64,000 nt of DNA from Patescibacteria group bacterium (GCA_043798935.1 JAZDOC010000019.1:10322-74321); one strand, 5' to 3'. Numbered from the stretch's first letter, positions 9,423-20,293 are shown. Numbers and translations: made by a program. The notes: generated by a model not told the origin, from the letters alone.

Positions 9423-9803
9423 ATGACACTAATTTTAAATACAATAAAATTTATTGCCAAAGACATTGTTGGCAATGTGTTTTATTTTCCAATTTGGTGG
9501 TACACGGCCGGGGCATTTAAAATTTTGCGTCGAATTAAAAATGATATACAAAGTTTTGCTCGTGAATTAAGTATCGGTATATTATTTCGTTATCTATTTA
9601 AACCCATGTATGGGCTGACTGATTTTTGGAGCCGGGTAATTAGTTTTATGGTACGAATAGTCCATTTCGCAGTTTTATTAATCGTCACGATTATTTGGGT
9701 ATTAATTTTATTGTTTTTATTTTTAATTTGGCTGGCTTTGCCATTATTTGTGGTTTATAATCTTTTGTACCAAATCGGCGTAGTTGAAAAATTATTTATA
9801 TGA
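9423..9803 (+). CDS. Small membrane protein translationally coupled to the Clp-like ATPase
   Basis: YFPIWWYT and LFKPMYG motifs, long hydrophobic C-terminal half; ATGA overlap with the next gene. Confidence 0.8.
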   Translation: MTLILNTIKFIAKDIVGNVFYFPIWWYTAGAFKILRRIKNDIQSFARELSIGILFRYLFKPMYGLTDFWSRVISFMVRIVHFAVLLIVTIIWVLILLFLFLIWLALPLFVVYNLLYQIGVVEKLFI

Positions 9804-12568
9804 GCTTTAACCAAAACAACAAATCATTTCAAATGGTTGCCTGCCCGCGCTGTGATGGTTATGGATATGCTTTGAATTTAAAAGGCGAACATGTTAAATG
9901 CGCTCATTGCCAAGAAACCGACAGTATGTACGGTTTCGTGGATGATCAAATTTTATATTGGCATAAAGAAATAAATAATTTTACAATTATTCAAGAAAAA
10001 AGTCAGGCACTAATAAAAAATTTTATTAATTTTATTTTAATTTTATTAAGCATTGTCGGTTTCACTGCCCTGGCGTGGCATTTTTTTCAAAATCAAAATT
10101 CTAGCTCGCACTTTTTTAATTTATTATTTTCTCGACACGATTTAGTTTTATTATTCTGGGTATCAGTAGTTGGTGATATGTATATTTATTATCGTCTTTC
10201 TTTAGATAGTGAACGCAAAATTAAAATCAGAGCGCGTGAACTGGGGGCTGAATTAAAACTCATTAAACAATCTTTGAATTGGAAAATTTTATATAGCACC
10301 GATGCAAGTAAAAAATTAAACATTGCCAAATTCTTCAATCAAGAAGCTTTGCAAATTATTAACAGCGCTTATCTGATGGCTCTGCATAATAAGCAACACG
10401 AAATTTTACCCATCGATTTATTAATTGCTGTTTCTAAAAGCCAAGATGTGCACATGATTTTAGCACGCTTAAATATATATTATAAAGATTATTACGATAA
10501 AATCCGTCATGTTTTAACTCATCATTCGGCGACTGACGAACGCGGTTTAGATTTTGGCGCGGCCATTGAAAAAGCATTTTTAGCCGCTTATTTTCAGGCT
10601 TATAAAAATCGCCGCGAACTAGTGACGCCGGTAGAATTATTAATGGGTTTGCTTGAAGCAGATAAATTAACCCAAGATATTTTTTGCGATTTAAATATTG
10701 ATTTACAGCAAATTACCAATGTTTGCGAGTGGATCCATTTAGATAAACAACTAATTAAATGGGCTCGTCACCATCGCTCTTTATCTCGCTCCAAACCTAA
10801 AAATCACATGAATCGGTCCATGACAGCTCGCCCTACAAAAACCCTGGATAGTGTTTCACAAGATCTAACCATTCAAGCTAAATATAATCACTTTTTACCG
10901 CTGGTAGGTCGTGAAAAAGAAATTGCCGAATCTTTTCGAATTTTAAAAGAGGGGCGGGGATCGGTAATTTTGCTCGGTGAATCCGGAACCGGTAAAACCA
11001 CTATACTTGAAGGCGTGGCTCAACTAATGGCTAGTGAAGATGTGCCGGAAAATTTACAGGATAAACGTTTAGTTTCGCTTGACCCAGGAGTATTGATTGC
11101 CGGAGCCAGTGGTGTTGGCGGGCTGGAAGGACGCATGGTGCAAATTTTAAACGAAATCGTAATGGCCGGAAATGTAATTCTAGCCATTGAAGATATTCAT
11201 AATTTACTTAATGCCAGGTCTACTCAATCCGGTAGCGATGTGGGTGAAATTTTAATGAATTATATTTCTCAAGGTTATATTCAGGTACTGGCTACTTCTA
11301 CAACCCAAGAGTTTAGAAAATACATCGCTAACAAAGAAACCTTCCTGCGCCGATTTCAAGTGGTTAAAATTTCCGAGATGTCGATCGATGAAGCTATTAA
11401 TGTTTTAGAAGCGCGCGCCGGATTTATTGAAGCCAAAGAAAAAGTTTATTTTTCATATTCAGCGCTTGAGTCTTGCGTGAAGTTAAGTGAGCGTTATATT
11501 AAAGATCGCCACTTACCATCTAAAGCTCTGGATATTTTAGAAGAGTCGGCTATTTATTGTAGAGAGAAAAAAGGCGTCGGCTCATTAGTTAATAAAGACG
11601 ACGTGGCGACGGTGTTAGCTGAAAAAACAAATGTTGAAGTAAATTCAATTACTCAGTCTGAGGCTAGTAAGCTGTTAAATTTGGAAGAATTAATGCACGA
11701 GCGAATAGTAGGGCAAAACGAAGCCATTGATGCGATTGCCAAAGCCTTACGACGCGCCCGAGAAGATCTGCGTGATAATAATCGGCCCATAGCCAGCTTT
11801 TTATTTTTGGGTCCGACTGGTGTGGGTAAAACCGAAACCGCTAAAACCATAGCTGAAGTATATTTTGGCGACGAAAAAAATATGATTAGGCTTGATATGA
11901 GCGAATACCAGTCTTCTCAAAGCGTGTCTAAGATGATTGGCGATGAAGACCATAAAGGCTATCTTACTGAGGCTATTCGTCAGCAACCATTTTCCATTAT
12001 TCTGCTGGATGAAATTGAAAAAGCTCATCCAGACATATTGAATTTGTTTCTTCAGGTTACTGATGACGGCCGGCTAACCGATGGCCAGGGACGCACCATA
12101 GATTTTACTAACGCTGTAATTGTGGCCACATCGAATGCGGCGACACAAGCAATTCAAGACGGCATAAAAAGTAATTTACCTTTTAGTGATATTTATGACG
12201 GCTTAATGGATGGAGTATTAGAACAATATTTTAGAGTCGAGTTTTTAAATCGCTTCGATAAAATTGTTATTTATAAACCTCTCGAACAGGATCAAGTAAT
12301 TGAAATAACCAGACGGTTGCTCATCAAATTAGCTGACCAATTAGAACAAAAAGGCATTATTTTTGATGCCGAAGATGAAGCGGTACAAGTGTTAGCTAAA
12401 AAAGGTTATAGTCAGAAATTTGGTGCTCGTCCATTAAAGCGTATTCTCCAAGATACGGTTGATGATGCTCTGGCTAAACTAATGCTTAGTAATTCCATTG
12501 GTCGGCGCGATAGTGTTTTACTCAAAGCTAATGGAGAACTGGAAATCCAAAAAGCTGAAAAACTGTAA
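9800..12568 (+). CDS. Membrane-anchored ClpA/B-family double AAA+ ATPase with N-terminal Zn finger
   Basis: CPRCDGYG..CAHC, two TM helices, Clp-N-like repeats, Walker A GESGTGKT and GPTGVGKT, LLDEIEKAH, GARPLKR. Confidence 0.88.
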   Translation: MSFNQNNKSFQMVACPRCDGYGYALNLKGEHVKCAHCQETDSMYGFVDDQILYWHKEINNFTIIQEKSQALIKNFINFILILLSIVGFTALAWHFFQNQNSSSHFFNLLFSRHDLVLLFWVSVVGDMYIYYRLSLDSERKIKIRARELGAELKLIKQSLNWKILYSTDASKKLNIAKFFNQEALQIINSAYLMALHNKQHEILPIDLLIAVSKSQDVHMILARLNIYYKDYYDKIRHVLTHHSATDERGLDFGAAIEKAFLAAYFQAYKNRRELVTPVELLMGLLEADKLTQDIFCDLNIDLQQITNVCEWIHLDKQLIKWARHHRSLSRSKPKNHMNRSMTARPTKTLDSVSQDLTIQAKYNHFLPLVGREKEIAESFRILKEGRGSVILLGESGTGKTTILEGVAQLMASEDVPENLQDKRLVSLDPGVLIAGASGVGGLEGRMVQILNEIVMAGNVILAIEDIHNLLNARSTQSGSDVGEILMNYISQGYIQVLATSTTQEFRKYIANKETFLRRFQVVKISEMSIDEAINVLEARAGFIEAKEKVYFSYSALESCVKLSERYIKDRHLPSKALDILEESAIYCREKKGVGSLVNKDDVATVLAEKTNVEVNSITQSEASKLLNLEELMHERIVGQNEAIDAIAKALRRAREDLRDNNRPIASFLFLGPTGVGKTETAKTIAEVYFGDEKNMIRLDMSEYQSSQSVSKMIGDEDHKGYLTEAIRQQPFSIILLDEIEKAHPDILNLFLQVTDDGRLTDGQGRTIDFTNAVIVATSNAATQAIQDGIKSNLPFSDIYDGLMDGVLEQYFRVEFLNRFDKIVIYKPLEQDQVIEITRRLLIKLADQLEQKGIIFDAEDEAVQVLAKKGYSQKFGARPLKRILQDTVDDALAKLMLSNSIGRRDSVLLKANGELEIQKAEKL

Positions 12569-12572
12569 AGAT

Positions 12573-12601
12573 TTGCTGTTTTTTAAAAAATATTTTATAA
12601 T
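12573..12601 (+). promoter_or_regulatory. Sigma70-type promoter for the glyQS operon
   Basis: TTGCTG, 17-nt spacer, TATAAT. Confidence 0.6.
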
Positions 12602-12642
12602 ATTGAATATCTTAATCTTTAAATTCTCAATTTATCATCATT

Positions 12643-14022
12643 ATGTCCGATAACAATGATCTTATGGACAAGATTGTTTCTTTAAGTAAAAGACGCGGTT
12701 TTATTTTTCCATCGTGCGAAATATATGGCGGTTTTGCCAATTCCTATAGCTATGGCCCTTATGGAGTAGAGCTGAAAAATAATATTAAAAAATTATGGTG
12801 GAAAATGTTTGTCCAACAAAGAGCCGATATTTTTGGTATTGATGGACCGATTATTTTGCATCCAAAATTATGGCAAGCGTCTGGCCATACATCCGGTTTT
12901 AACGATGCTCTAATTGACTGTAAAAAATGCAAAGAACGATATCGGGCTGATCATTTGATTTCTGAACAATTAAATATTGACGCCGAAGGCAAAGAGCCCG
13001 AGGAAATGACCGACGTTATTAATAATAATAACATTAAATGTCCTAAATGTGGCCAACAAGATTTTACGTCAGTTCGCCATTTCAACGGCATGTTCAAAAC
13101 ATATTTTGGAACCCAAGAAACAGAAGAAAACATGACTTATTTACGCCCGGAAACAGCCGGAGCTATTTTTGTTGATTACAAAAACGTTGTCGACAGTTTG
13201 CATCCTAAATTACCATTTGGTATAGCTCAAATTGGCAAAGCTTTCCGCAATGAAATAACTCCTGGCAATTTTATTTTTCGAACACGCGAATTCGAGCAAA
13301 TGGAAATTGAATATTTTATTAATCCTGATAAATGGCAGGATATTTTTAAAAATTGGCAAAAACAAATGCTTCTCTGGTGTTCGGCTATTGGTTTGCAAAA
13401 AGACAACTTAAATATTTATGAGCATGCACCCGAAAAATTAGCCCATTATTCTAAAAAAACCATCGACATTGAATTTAAATTTCCCTTTGGCACAAAAGAG
13501 CTTTATGGTTTGGCTTATCGAACAGATTTCGATTTAAAAAGTCATGCCGAAGCGTCTAAGCAAAAATTAGAATATATTGATGCTGAAAATAATGCTCGCT
13601 TTATTCCCCATGTAATTGAACCAACTTTTGGCTTAGATCGAAGCATCTTAGCTGTATTATTATCGGCTTATCATGAAGAAACAGTAAAAGATGAAACCCG
13701 CGTTGTTTTAAAACTTAAACCAGAATTAGCGCCGGTTAAAGTAGCTGTTTTACCACTCAGCAAAAAACCCGAATTAAGCAGTGTGGCAGAAAAAGTAATG
13801 TTGAGTCTTAAAGATATTAACGGCGTCGAGTACGACGCAACCCAAAGCATTGGTAAGCGCTATCGTCGTCAAGATGAAATCGGCACACCATATTGTGTCA
13901 CTATCGACTTTGAAACTTTAAATGATGAAGCCGTGACAGTTCGCGAACGCGATAACATGAAGCAAGAGAGAATTAAAATAAGCGAATTAAAATCATATTT
14001 ATATAATAAATTAAATGGTTAA
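12643..14022 (+). CDS. glyQS: Glycine--tRNA ligase, homodimeric alpha2 type
   Basis: KRRGFIFPS.EIYGG, YLRPETA, GKAFRNEITP..FIFRTREFEQMEIE, SIGKRYRRQDEIGTP. Confidence 0.96.
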   Translation: MSDNNDLMDKIVSLSKRRGFIFPSCEIYGGFANSYSYGPYGVELKNNIKKLWWKMFVQQRADIFGIDGPIILHPKLWQASGHTSGFNDALIDCKKCKERYRADHLISEQLNIDAEGKEPEEMTDVINNNNIKCPKCGQQDFTSVRHFNGMFKTYFGTQETEENMTYLRPETAGAIFVDYKNVVDSLHPKLPFGIAQIGKAFRNEITPGNFIFRTREFEQMEIEYFINPDKWQDIFKNWQKQMLLWCSAIGLQKDNLNIYEHAPEKLAHYSKKTIDIEFKFPFGTKELYGLAYRTDFDLKSHAEASKQKLEYIDAENNARFIPHVIEPTFGLDRSILAVLLSAYHEETVKDETRVVLKLKPELAPVKVAVLPLSKKPELSSVAEKVMLSLKDINGVEYDATQSIGKRYRRQDEIGTPYCVTIDFETLNDEAVTVRERDNMKQERIKISELKSYLYNKLNG

Positions 14023-15280
14023 AAAGAAAATATTGGCTAACGGTTTGGCTGTTATCCAGGTTCCGCAAAAAGAAACTGCGGCCGTCACAGTTTTAGTAAT
14101 GTGTAAAGTAGGTTCTCGTTTTGAAGCTAAGGATGAAAACGGGGCATCGCATTTTATTGAACACTTAATGTTCAAAGGCACTAAAAAAAGGCCAAACACA
14201 CTTTTAATTTCCAAAGAATTAGATAAAATTGGCGCTGAATTTAATGCATTTACAGGCAAAGAGTACACTGGCTATTACATCAAAGCCAGTCATGAAAATC
14301 AAAAAATAGCTATTGAAATATTATCTGATTTATTATTTTCTTCATTATTTGCCAGTAAAGAAATCGATCGCGAAAGGGGAGTCATTATTGAAGAAATAAA
14401 CATGTACGAAGACAATCCCATTATGCACTGTGATGAAGTTTTAGAAGAATTGGTCTTTCATAAAAATCACAGTTTAGGACAGTTAATCAGCGGGTCGCGC
14501 AAAAATATACAAACAATTCGCCGTGAAAAATTATTAGCGTATAAAAATCGATTCTATTATCCTAAAAACATGTTGATCGCTGTTGCTGGCCGAGTAAATA
14601 CAAAAACCAATCTATTAATTAATAAATATTTTAATATTCCCATCACTAATCGTACAGCAAATAAATACCAAAGATTTACTGAATTTCAACATCAAGCACA
14701 AGTTAAAACTATCTACAAGAAAACCGAGCAAGTTCAATTTGGTTTAGGTTTCACTGGCTTGGCTCATAATCATAAATTAGCTCCGGCATTAAATTTGCTT
14801 AGCATAATTTTGGGCGGAAACATGAGTTCCCGTTTGTTTATTAATATCCGCGAACGACAGGGATTATGTTATTACATTCGCTCGGAAAATTCATCTTTTT
14901 TTGATACTGGCATGTTTGCTGTTATGGCTGGCCTAGATAAAAAAAGAATCAAATTAGCCACTAGCGCTATTGTTAAAGAATTAAAATTAATTGCTCAAAA
15001 GGGAGTGACGTCGGAAGAGCTTAAAAAAGCCAAAAGTTATTTACGTGGTAAAATTAATCTAAGCCTTGAAGATAGTGAATCTTTAGCTTCGTGGTATGCC
15101 AAACAACAAATGCTTGGTAATAAACTACTTTCGCCACGTGAAAAATTCAAACAATATGAAAAAGTTACTGAAAAACAAATACTAACAGTGGCTAAACAAA
15201 TTATAAATTTAAAAAAAAGTAATTTGGTATTAATAGGTCCAGATCGTAACGCCTCTTCATTTTTATCTTTATTAAAATAA
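14015..15280 (+). CDS. M16 family zinc peptidase
   Basis: Inverted zincin HFIEH, NAFT, GGNMSSRLF..IRE.QGL.Y. Confidence 0.93.
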   Translation: MVKKKILANGLAVIQVPQKETAAVTVLVMCKVGSRFEAKDENGASHFIEHLMFKGTKKRPNTLLISKELDKIGAEFNAFTGKEYTGYYIKASHENQKIAIEILSDLLFSSLFASKEIDRERGVIIEEINMYEDNPIMHCDEVLEELVFHKNHSLGQLISGSRKNIQTIRREKLLAYKNRFYYPKNMLIAVAGRVNTKTNLLINKYFNIPITNRTANKYQRFTEFQHQAQVKTIYKKTEQVQFGLGFTGLAHNHKLAPALNLLSIILGGNMSSRLFINIRERQGLCYYIRSENSSFFDTGMFAVMAGLDKKRIKLATSAIVKELKLIAQKGVTSEELKKAKSYLRGKINLSLEDSESLASWYAKQQMLGNKLLSPREKFKQYEKVTEKQILTVAKQIINLKKSNLVLIGPDRNASSFLSLLK

Positions 15281-15293
15281 TTTATTAATAATT

Positions 15294-16385
15294 ATGAGTA
15301 AACCAATAAGTGAAGTTCAAATAAATATTTCCACCAAAACAATTCTGAAAATAATGTTTTTAGTTTTGCTCCTGTTTTTCCTATACAATATCATCGAAAT
15401 AATCAGCGTTGTTTTTGTAGCCTGGGTTTTAGCTTCAGCTGTCGATCCATTAGTCGATAAATTACAAAGATATAAAATACCGCGTCCACTTTCGATTTTA
15501 ACTTTTTACATTATTTTAATTTTAATTATAGTTTTAGCTTTTACCTTGTTCATTCCGGCATTTAGTCAGGAAATAACAACTCTTACTAAAGATTTTCCAA
15601 GCTACTACGATACAATTCTAAAAAATTTGGATAATTTTAAAAATTCAGGTAATCAATTTGGAGTGATAAATATCGTACAAGCTGTTTTAGACAGTATGGG
15701 TGATGCTCTTAAAAAAATCAGCACGAGTTTATTTGGTGTGGCCACTGGTGTGGTAAGTGCGGCGATGTCGATTTTTGCTGTATTTGTTATTACTTTTTAC
15801 ATGACTATTCAAGAAGAAGGAATTAAATCATTTATTCAGTCGATTACGCCAGCCCATTATCAACCTTACATAGTAAAAAAATTAAATCGCATCCAGGAAA
15901 AATTAGGTTATTGGTTGTGGGGGCAGATAGTGCTTATGATTTTTATCGGTGTGCTTACAGCTATTGCTTTAAAAATAATTGGAATTAAATATATTTTAGT
16001 TCTAGCGTTGTTTGCCGGGTTATGTGAATTTATTCCAATTATCGGTCCAATTATCGCGGCAGTTCCGGCAGTATTATTTTCGTTAATCGATATCGGTGAT
16101 TCACCAGTTAAGCCGATTTTAGTAATAGTAGTTTACATAGTAATTCAACAAATAGAAAATCAATTTTTGGTTCCTAAAATTATGCAGCGCGCTGTTGGTC
16201 TAAATCCGATCGTGGTAATTGTAACCATATTAATCGGTGCCAAAATTGGTGGCATAGTCGGTGTTATTATAGCAGTCCCAGCAGCTAGCATACTTAGTAT
16301 CTTTTTGGAAGATTTTTTTGAATCGCAAAAACAAGAAGCAAATAAATTAGAAGGTGAAGAATATATTAATGAACAAATCAAATGA
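15294..16385 (+). CDS. AI-2E family transporter
   Basis: Multi-TM; FIPIIGP, QQIENQFLVPKIM...VGLNP, GG..G..IAVP motifs. Confidence 0.9.
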   Translation: MSKPISEVQINISTKTILKIMFLVLLLFFLYNIIEIISVVFVAWVLASAVDPLVDKLQRYKIPRPLSILTFYIILILIIVLAFTLFIPAFSQEITTLTKDFPSYYDTILKNLDNFKNSGNQFGVINIVQAVLDSMGDALKKISTSLFGVATGVVSAAMSIFAVFVITFYMTIQEEGIKSFIQSITPAHYQPYIVKKLNRIQEKLGYWLWGQIVLMIFIGVLTAIALKIIGIKYILVLALFAGLCEFIPIIGPIIAAVPAVLFSLIDIGDSPVKPILVIVVYIVIQQIENQFLVPKIMQRAVGLNPIVVIVTILIGAKIGGIVGVIIAVPAASILSIFLEDFFESQKQEANKLEGEEYINEQIK

Positions 16386-17824
16386 AGAAAAATAAGTATT
16401 ATTTAACCACCGCAATTCCATATGTAAATGCCAAGCCGCATATTGGTTTTGCATTAGAGGCTATTCAAACCGACGTTTTAGCTCGCTATCATCGCTTAAT
16501 CGGCGATAATACATATTTTTTAACCGGCACTGATGAAAATAGTTTAAAAAATGTCCAGGCTGCCGAAAAAGAAAAAATTTCACCGCAGGAATTATGCGAT
16601 AAATACGCTGATAATTTCAAGGATCTAAAGGAAATTCTTACCCTGTCTAATGATGATTTTATTCGTACCACCGAACCGAGGCATAAAGAAGGTGCCCAAA
16701 AATTTTGGCAGGCATGCAAAAGCGAAGATATATATAAAAAAAAGTACGAAGGGCATTATTGCGTCGGTTGTGAAACATTCTATACACCTAAAGATTTAAT
16801 CGATGGACTGTGTCCGGAACATAAAACCAAACCGGAAATAATTAAAGAAGAAAATTATTTTTTTCGACTATCAGCTTATCAGAATAAATTAATTCGGCTG
16901 ATTGAATCGGGTGAATTAGATATCGTGCCCAAAGAGCGAAAAAATGAAATTTTAAGTTTCATTAATAGTGGTTTAGAAGATATTAGTATTTCACGCTCGG
17001 TAAAACGCGCTAAAAATTGGGGCATACCCGTACCGGGCGATGATAAGCAAATTATGTATGTTTGGTTTGATGCTCTAAGTAATTACATTACCGCCGTTGG
17101 CTATGCTAATGATCCGGAAAAGTTTAAAAAATACTGGCCCGCAGATTTACATGTTATCGGCAAAGGAATAATTAGATTTCACGCGGTTTATTGGCCAGCT
17201 ATGTTATTGTCAGCCGGCTTATCTTTGCCACGGCGAATTTTTGTTCATGGTTATATTACTTCAGAAGGTCAAAAAATGAGTAAATCTTTAGGAAACGTTG
17301 TCGATCCATTAGAAATTGCTGAAGATTACGGCACCGATGCTTTGCGCTATTTTTTACTGCGCGAAATTCCACCCACCGGCGATGGCGACTTTTCCATGAA
17401 GCGTTTTGTTGATCGTTACAATGCTGATTTAGCTAACGACTTGGGTAATCTGGTTAGCCGTGTTTCTAACATGATTGAAAGATATTTTAAAGGCGTATTA
17501 CCGTCGGTTGAAGTTGAGAATGAATATGACTTGGAAAAAGTAAATATTCTAATCAGTCAATTCAGATTTAACGAAGCATTGGAATATATTTGGCAGATAA
17601 TCAGAACGGCAAACAAATATGTAGAAGAGGAAAAGCCATGGGAGCTTTATAATATTAAAAATATCGATAAATTAGCCAAAGTTCTTACTAAATTATTAGT
17701 CACTATCAAAGATATTTCATTAATCTTAGAACCTTTTTTACCTGAAACCGCCGAAGAAATTCAAGATCATTTCAATCAAAAAATAATTGCCAAATCCGAA
17801 CCTTTGTTTCCTAGAGTATTATAA
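16382..17824 (+). CDS. metG: Methionine--tRNA ligase (short form)
   Basis: TTAIPYVNAKPHIG, TGTDE, YVWFDAL, KMSKS; no C-terminal tRNA-binding appendage. Confidence 0.96.
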   Translation: MKKNKYYLTTAIPYVNAKPHIGFALEAIQTDVLARYHRLIGDNTYFLTGTDENSLKNVQAAEKEKISPQELCDKYADNFKDLKEILTLSNDDFIRTTEPRHKEGAQKFWQACKSEDIYKKKYEGHYCVGCETFYTPKDLIDGLCPEHKTKPEIIKEENYFFRLSAYQNKLIRLIESGELDIVPKERKNEILSFINSGLEDISISRSVKRAKNWGIPVPGDDKQIMYVWFDALSNYITAVGYANDPEKFKKYWPADLHVIGKGIIRFHAVYWPAMLLSAGLSLPRRIFVHGYITSEGQKMSKSLGNVVDPLEIAEDYGTDALRYFLLREIPPTGDGDFSMKRFVDRYNADLANDLGNLVSRVSNMIERYFKGVLPSVEVENEYDLEKVNILISQFRFNEALEYIWQIIRTANKYVEEEKPWELYNIKNIDKLAKVLTKLLVTIKDISLILEPFLPETAEEIQDHFNQKIIAKSEPLFPRVL

Positions 17825-17829
17825 TTTTT

Positions 17830-18660
17830 ATGCTAATCGATTCCCACGCTCACGTAAATTTTAAACAGTTTGAAAAAGATCGGGCTGAAGTTATTCAGCG
17901 AACTTTGGATAAAGGAATTCAAATGATTAATGTGGGCTCGCAATATACAACCAGTGAGCGTGCCGTGGAAATTGCTAATGAAAATGAAAAAGGTATTTAT
18001 GCGGCTATTGGCTTGCACCCGATTCATTTAGAAGACCAAGTTTACGAAGACTTGATTGACGGCGAGAAAATAGAATTTCGCACTCGGGCTGAAAAATTTG
18101 ATTATGACAAATATAAACAGCTAGCTAAAGACAATAAAGTTGTCGCCTTAGGCGAAACCGGATTAGATTTTTATCATATCCAAAGTAAAGACAAAGAATC
18201 AATTTTAAAATTACAGAAGCAAACCTTAGCGGAACATTTAAATTTAGCCTGCGAGCTTAATAAACCAGTTATCTTGCATTGCCGTGATGCTTACCAGGAA
18301 ATGTTAGAATTTTTACAAGAGCGCAATGAAAAAATAAATGGCGTGATTCATTGTTATAGCGGTACTTACGAGCAAGCACTGCAATACATGGAACTGGGTC
18401 TTTATGTTGGGTTTACCGGAATTATTACATTTAAAAATGCTAAAGATATTCAAGCCGTGGCCAAACAAATCCCTATAGATAGAGTATTAGTGGAAACAGA
18501 TTGTCCATATCTTGCGCCCGAGCCATATCGCGGTAAAAGAAATGAACCTAGCTATGTACAGTTTGTCGCCGATAAAATTGCTGAGCTAAAGAACGAAAGT
18601 AAAGAAATGGTTTACGATATAACAACCAGCAATACTAAAAAATTATTTAATTTAAATTAA
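17830..18660 (+). CDS. tatD: TatD family DNase
   Basis: DSHAH, GLHP, GETGLD, LHCR, HCYSG, ETDCPYLAP motifs. Confidence 0.93.
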   Translation: MLIDSHAHVNFKQFEKDRAEVIQRTLDKGIQMINVGSQYTTSERAVEIANENEKGIYAAIGLHPIHLEDQVYEDLIDGEKIEFRTRAEKFDYDKYKQLAKDNKVVALGETGLDFYHIQSKDKESILKLQKQTLAEHLNLACELNKPVILHCRDAYQEMLEFLQERNEKINGVIHCYSGTYEQALQYMELGLYVGFTGIITFKNAKDIQAVAKQIPIDRVLVETDCPYLAPEPYRGKRNEPSYVQFVADKIAELKNESKEMVYDITTSNTKKLFNLN

Positions 18661-19608
18661 ATGGAAAATTATTTGTTAGGTGTAATTATTGTTTTGTTGG
18701 TAGCCAGTTTTTTCGGATTTATCGCGTTAAGTCGAAAAATAAAAGCGCTCAGTGAAAAAAATTTAGATGAAAAGTCTTTTTTACTTTTAAACCAAAATGT
18801 TCAAGGCATGCAATCCCGGCTCGATAAAGTTTCTGACGGATTAAACACACGCCTTGATAATGCCGCCAAGGTAATTGGTGAGGTTAATAAAGAATTAGGA
18901 CAAGTTCAGGAAATGGGTCGGCAAATGAAAGACTTGCAAGATTTTTTACGATCGCCAAAACTTCGCGGAAATATTGGTGAACAAGTTTTACGAGATTTAT
19001 TAAGTCAATATTTCCCGCAACACTATTTTGAGCTTCAACATAAATTTAAAACCGGTCAGATTGTAGATGCGATTATTAAAACCGATCAGGGTTTTTTAAG
19101 TATCGATGCCAAATTTCCTTTGGAGAATTTTCAAAAAATGGCGAAAAGCGACAGCGAAGCTGAAAGTAAGCTTTTCTTGCGTGAATTTATTAAAGATGTT
19201 CGTAAACATATTCGGGACATCTCGAGAAAATATATTTTACCCGAAGAGGGCACGATCGACTTTGCTGTTATGTATGTACCGAGTGAAGCTATTTATTATG
19301 AAATTATTCGCTCTGAAGATGATTTGCATGTGTATGCGCAAGAGAGTAAAGTGTTAATCGTTTCTCCAAACAGCTTTTTTTATTTTCTAAAAGTTATTAT
19401 GATGGGTTTACAAGGACGAAAAATTGAAGAAGCAACAAAGCGCTTGCTGTCTACATTTCAAGCTATGAGTAAAGATAGTGAGAAAATGGGTGAGGATCTA
19501 AGCGTATTGCATTCGCATATTTCAAATGCTTCTAGTGCCATGGAAAGAGTAAACACAGGCTATGTAAAATTAACCAATAAAATAGACCAGATTAAATTAT
19601 TAAAATAA
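18661..19608 (+). CDS. rmuC: DNA recombination protein RmuC
   Basis: N-terminal TM and coiled coil; K.RGNIGE, IDAKFP, KYILP..GT.DFA.MY.PSE. Confidence 0.92.
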   Translation: MENYLLGVIIVLLVASFFGFIALSRKIKALSEKNLDEKSFLLLNQNVQGMQSRLDKVSDGLNTRLDNAAKVIGEVNKELGQVQEMGRQMKDLQDFLRSPKLRGNIGEQVLRDLLSQYFPQHYFELQHKFKTGQIVDAIIKTDQGFLSIDAKFPLENFQKMAKSDSEAESKLFLREFIKDVRKHIRDISRKYILPEEGTIDFAVMYVPSEAIYYEIIRSEDDLHVYAQESKVLIVSPNSFFYFLKVIMMGLQGRKIEEATKRLLSTFQAMSKDSEKMGEDLSVLHSHISNASSAMERVNTGYVKLTNKIDQIKLLK

Positions 19609-19612
19609 TAAT

Positions 19613-20293
19613 ATGTTTAAACCTGAAAAATATTTTGATTTAGAAAATTTCAAGCATTCTACAATTTTTAAAGATATAAATTTAGTTTGGGAAGTATTGC
19701 CTAAAATAAATTCGTATATTCTCGAAAATATTAAACCGCAAAATCTCGGGCAGTTAATCAGTACGGCTTATATCGACGATAATGTTGAAATTGGCGAAGG
19801 CACCATAATTGAACCTAATGTGGTCATAATTGGTCCGGCCATTATTGGTAAAAATTGCCATTTACGATCTAGTGCTTATTTGCGCGGTAATGTAATAATC
19901 GGTGATAATGTTGTAGTTGGAAACAGCACAGAAGTTAAAAATTCTATATTATTCAATAATGTAAATATTCCACATTTCAATTATGTTGGTGATAGCGTTT
20001 TGGGATATAAAGCACATTTAGGAGCTGGTGTGATTTTATCAAATACTAAAACACCACCGTCACCCATAAAAATACAAACTTTAGAAAAAAAATATGAAAC
20101 AAATTTAATTAAATTTGGCGCAATTATTGGTGATAAAACTGAAATTGGTTGCAATGCCGTGATGAACCCTGGTACTATTATCGGTAAAAATTGTTTGGTT
20201 TATCCGGGTACAATTTTTAAAGGAGTTTCACCTCATGATGCTATTATAAAATCACGTCAGGAACAAGAAGTAGTTATTAAATTAAAAAAATAA
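19613..20293 (+). CDS. Left-handed beta-helix acetyltransferase (stand-alone GlmU C-terminal-like domain)
   Basis: Hexapeptide repeats; EVKNS, PHFNYVGDS, K.GAIIGD motifs; no nucleotidyltransferase domain. Confidence 0.8.
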   Translation: MFKPEKYFDLENFKHSTIFKDINLVWEVLPKINSYILENIKPQNLGQLISTAYIDDNVEIGEGTIIEPNVVIIGPAIIGKNCHLRSSAYLRGNVIIGDNVVVGNSTEVKNSILFNNVNIPHFNYVGDSVLGYKAHLGAGVILSNTKTPPSPIKIQTLEKKYETNLIKFGAIIGDKTEIGCNAVMNPGTIIGKNCLVYPGTIFKGVSPHDAIIKSRQEQEVVIKLKK

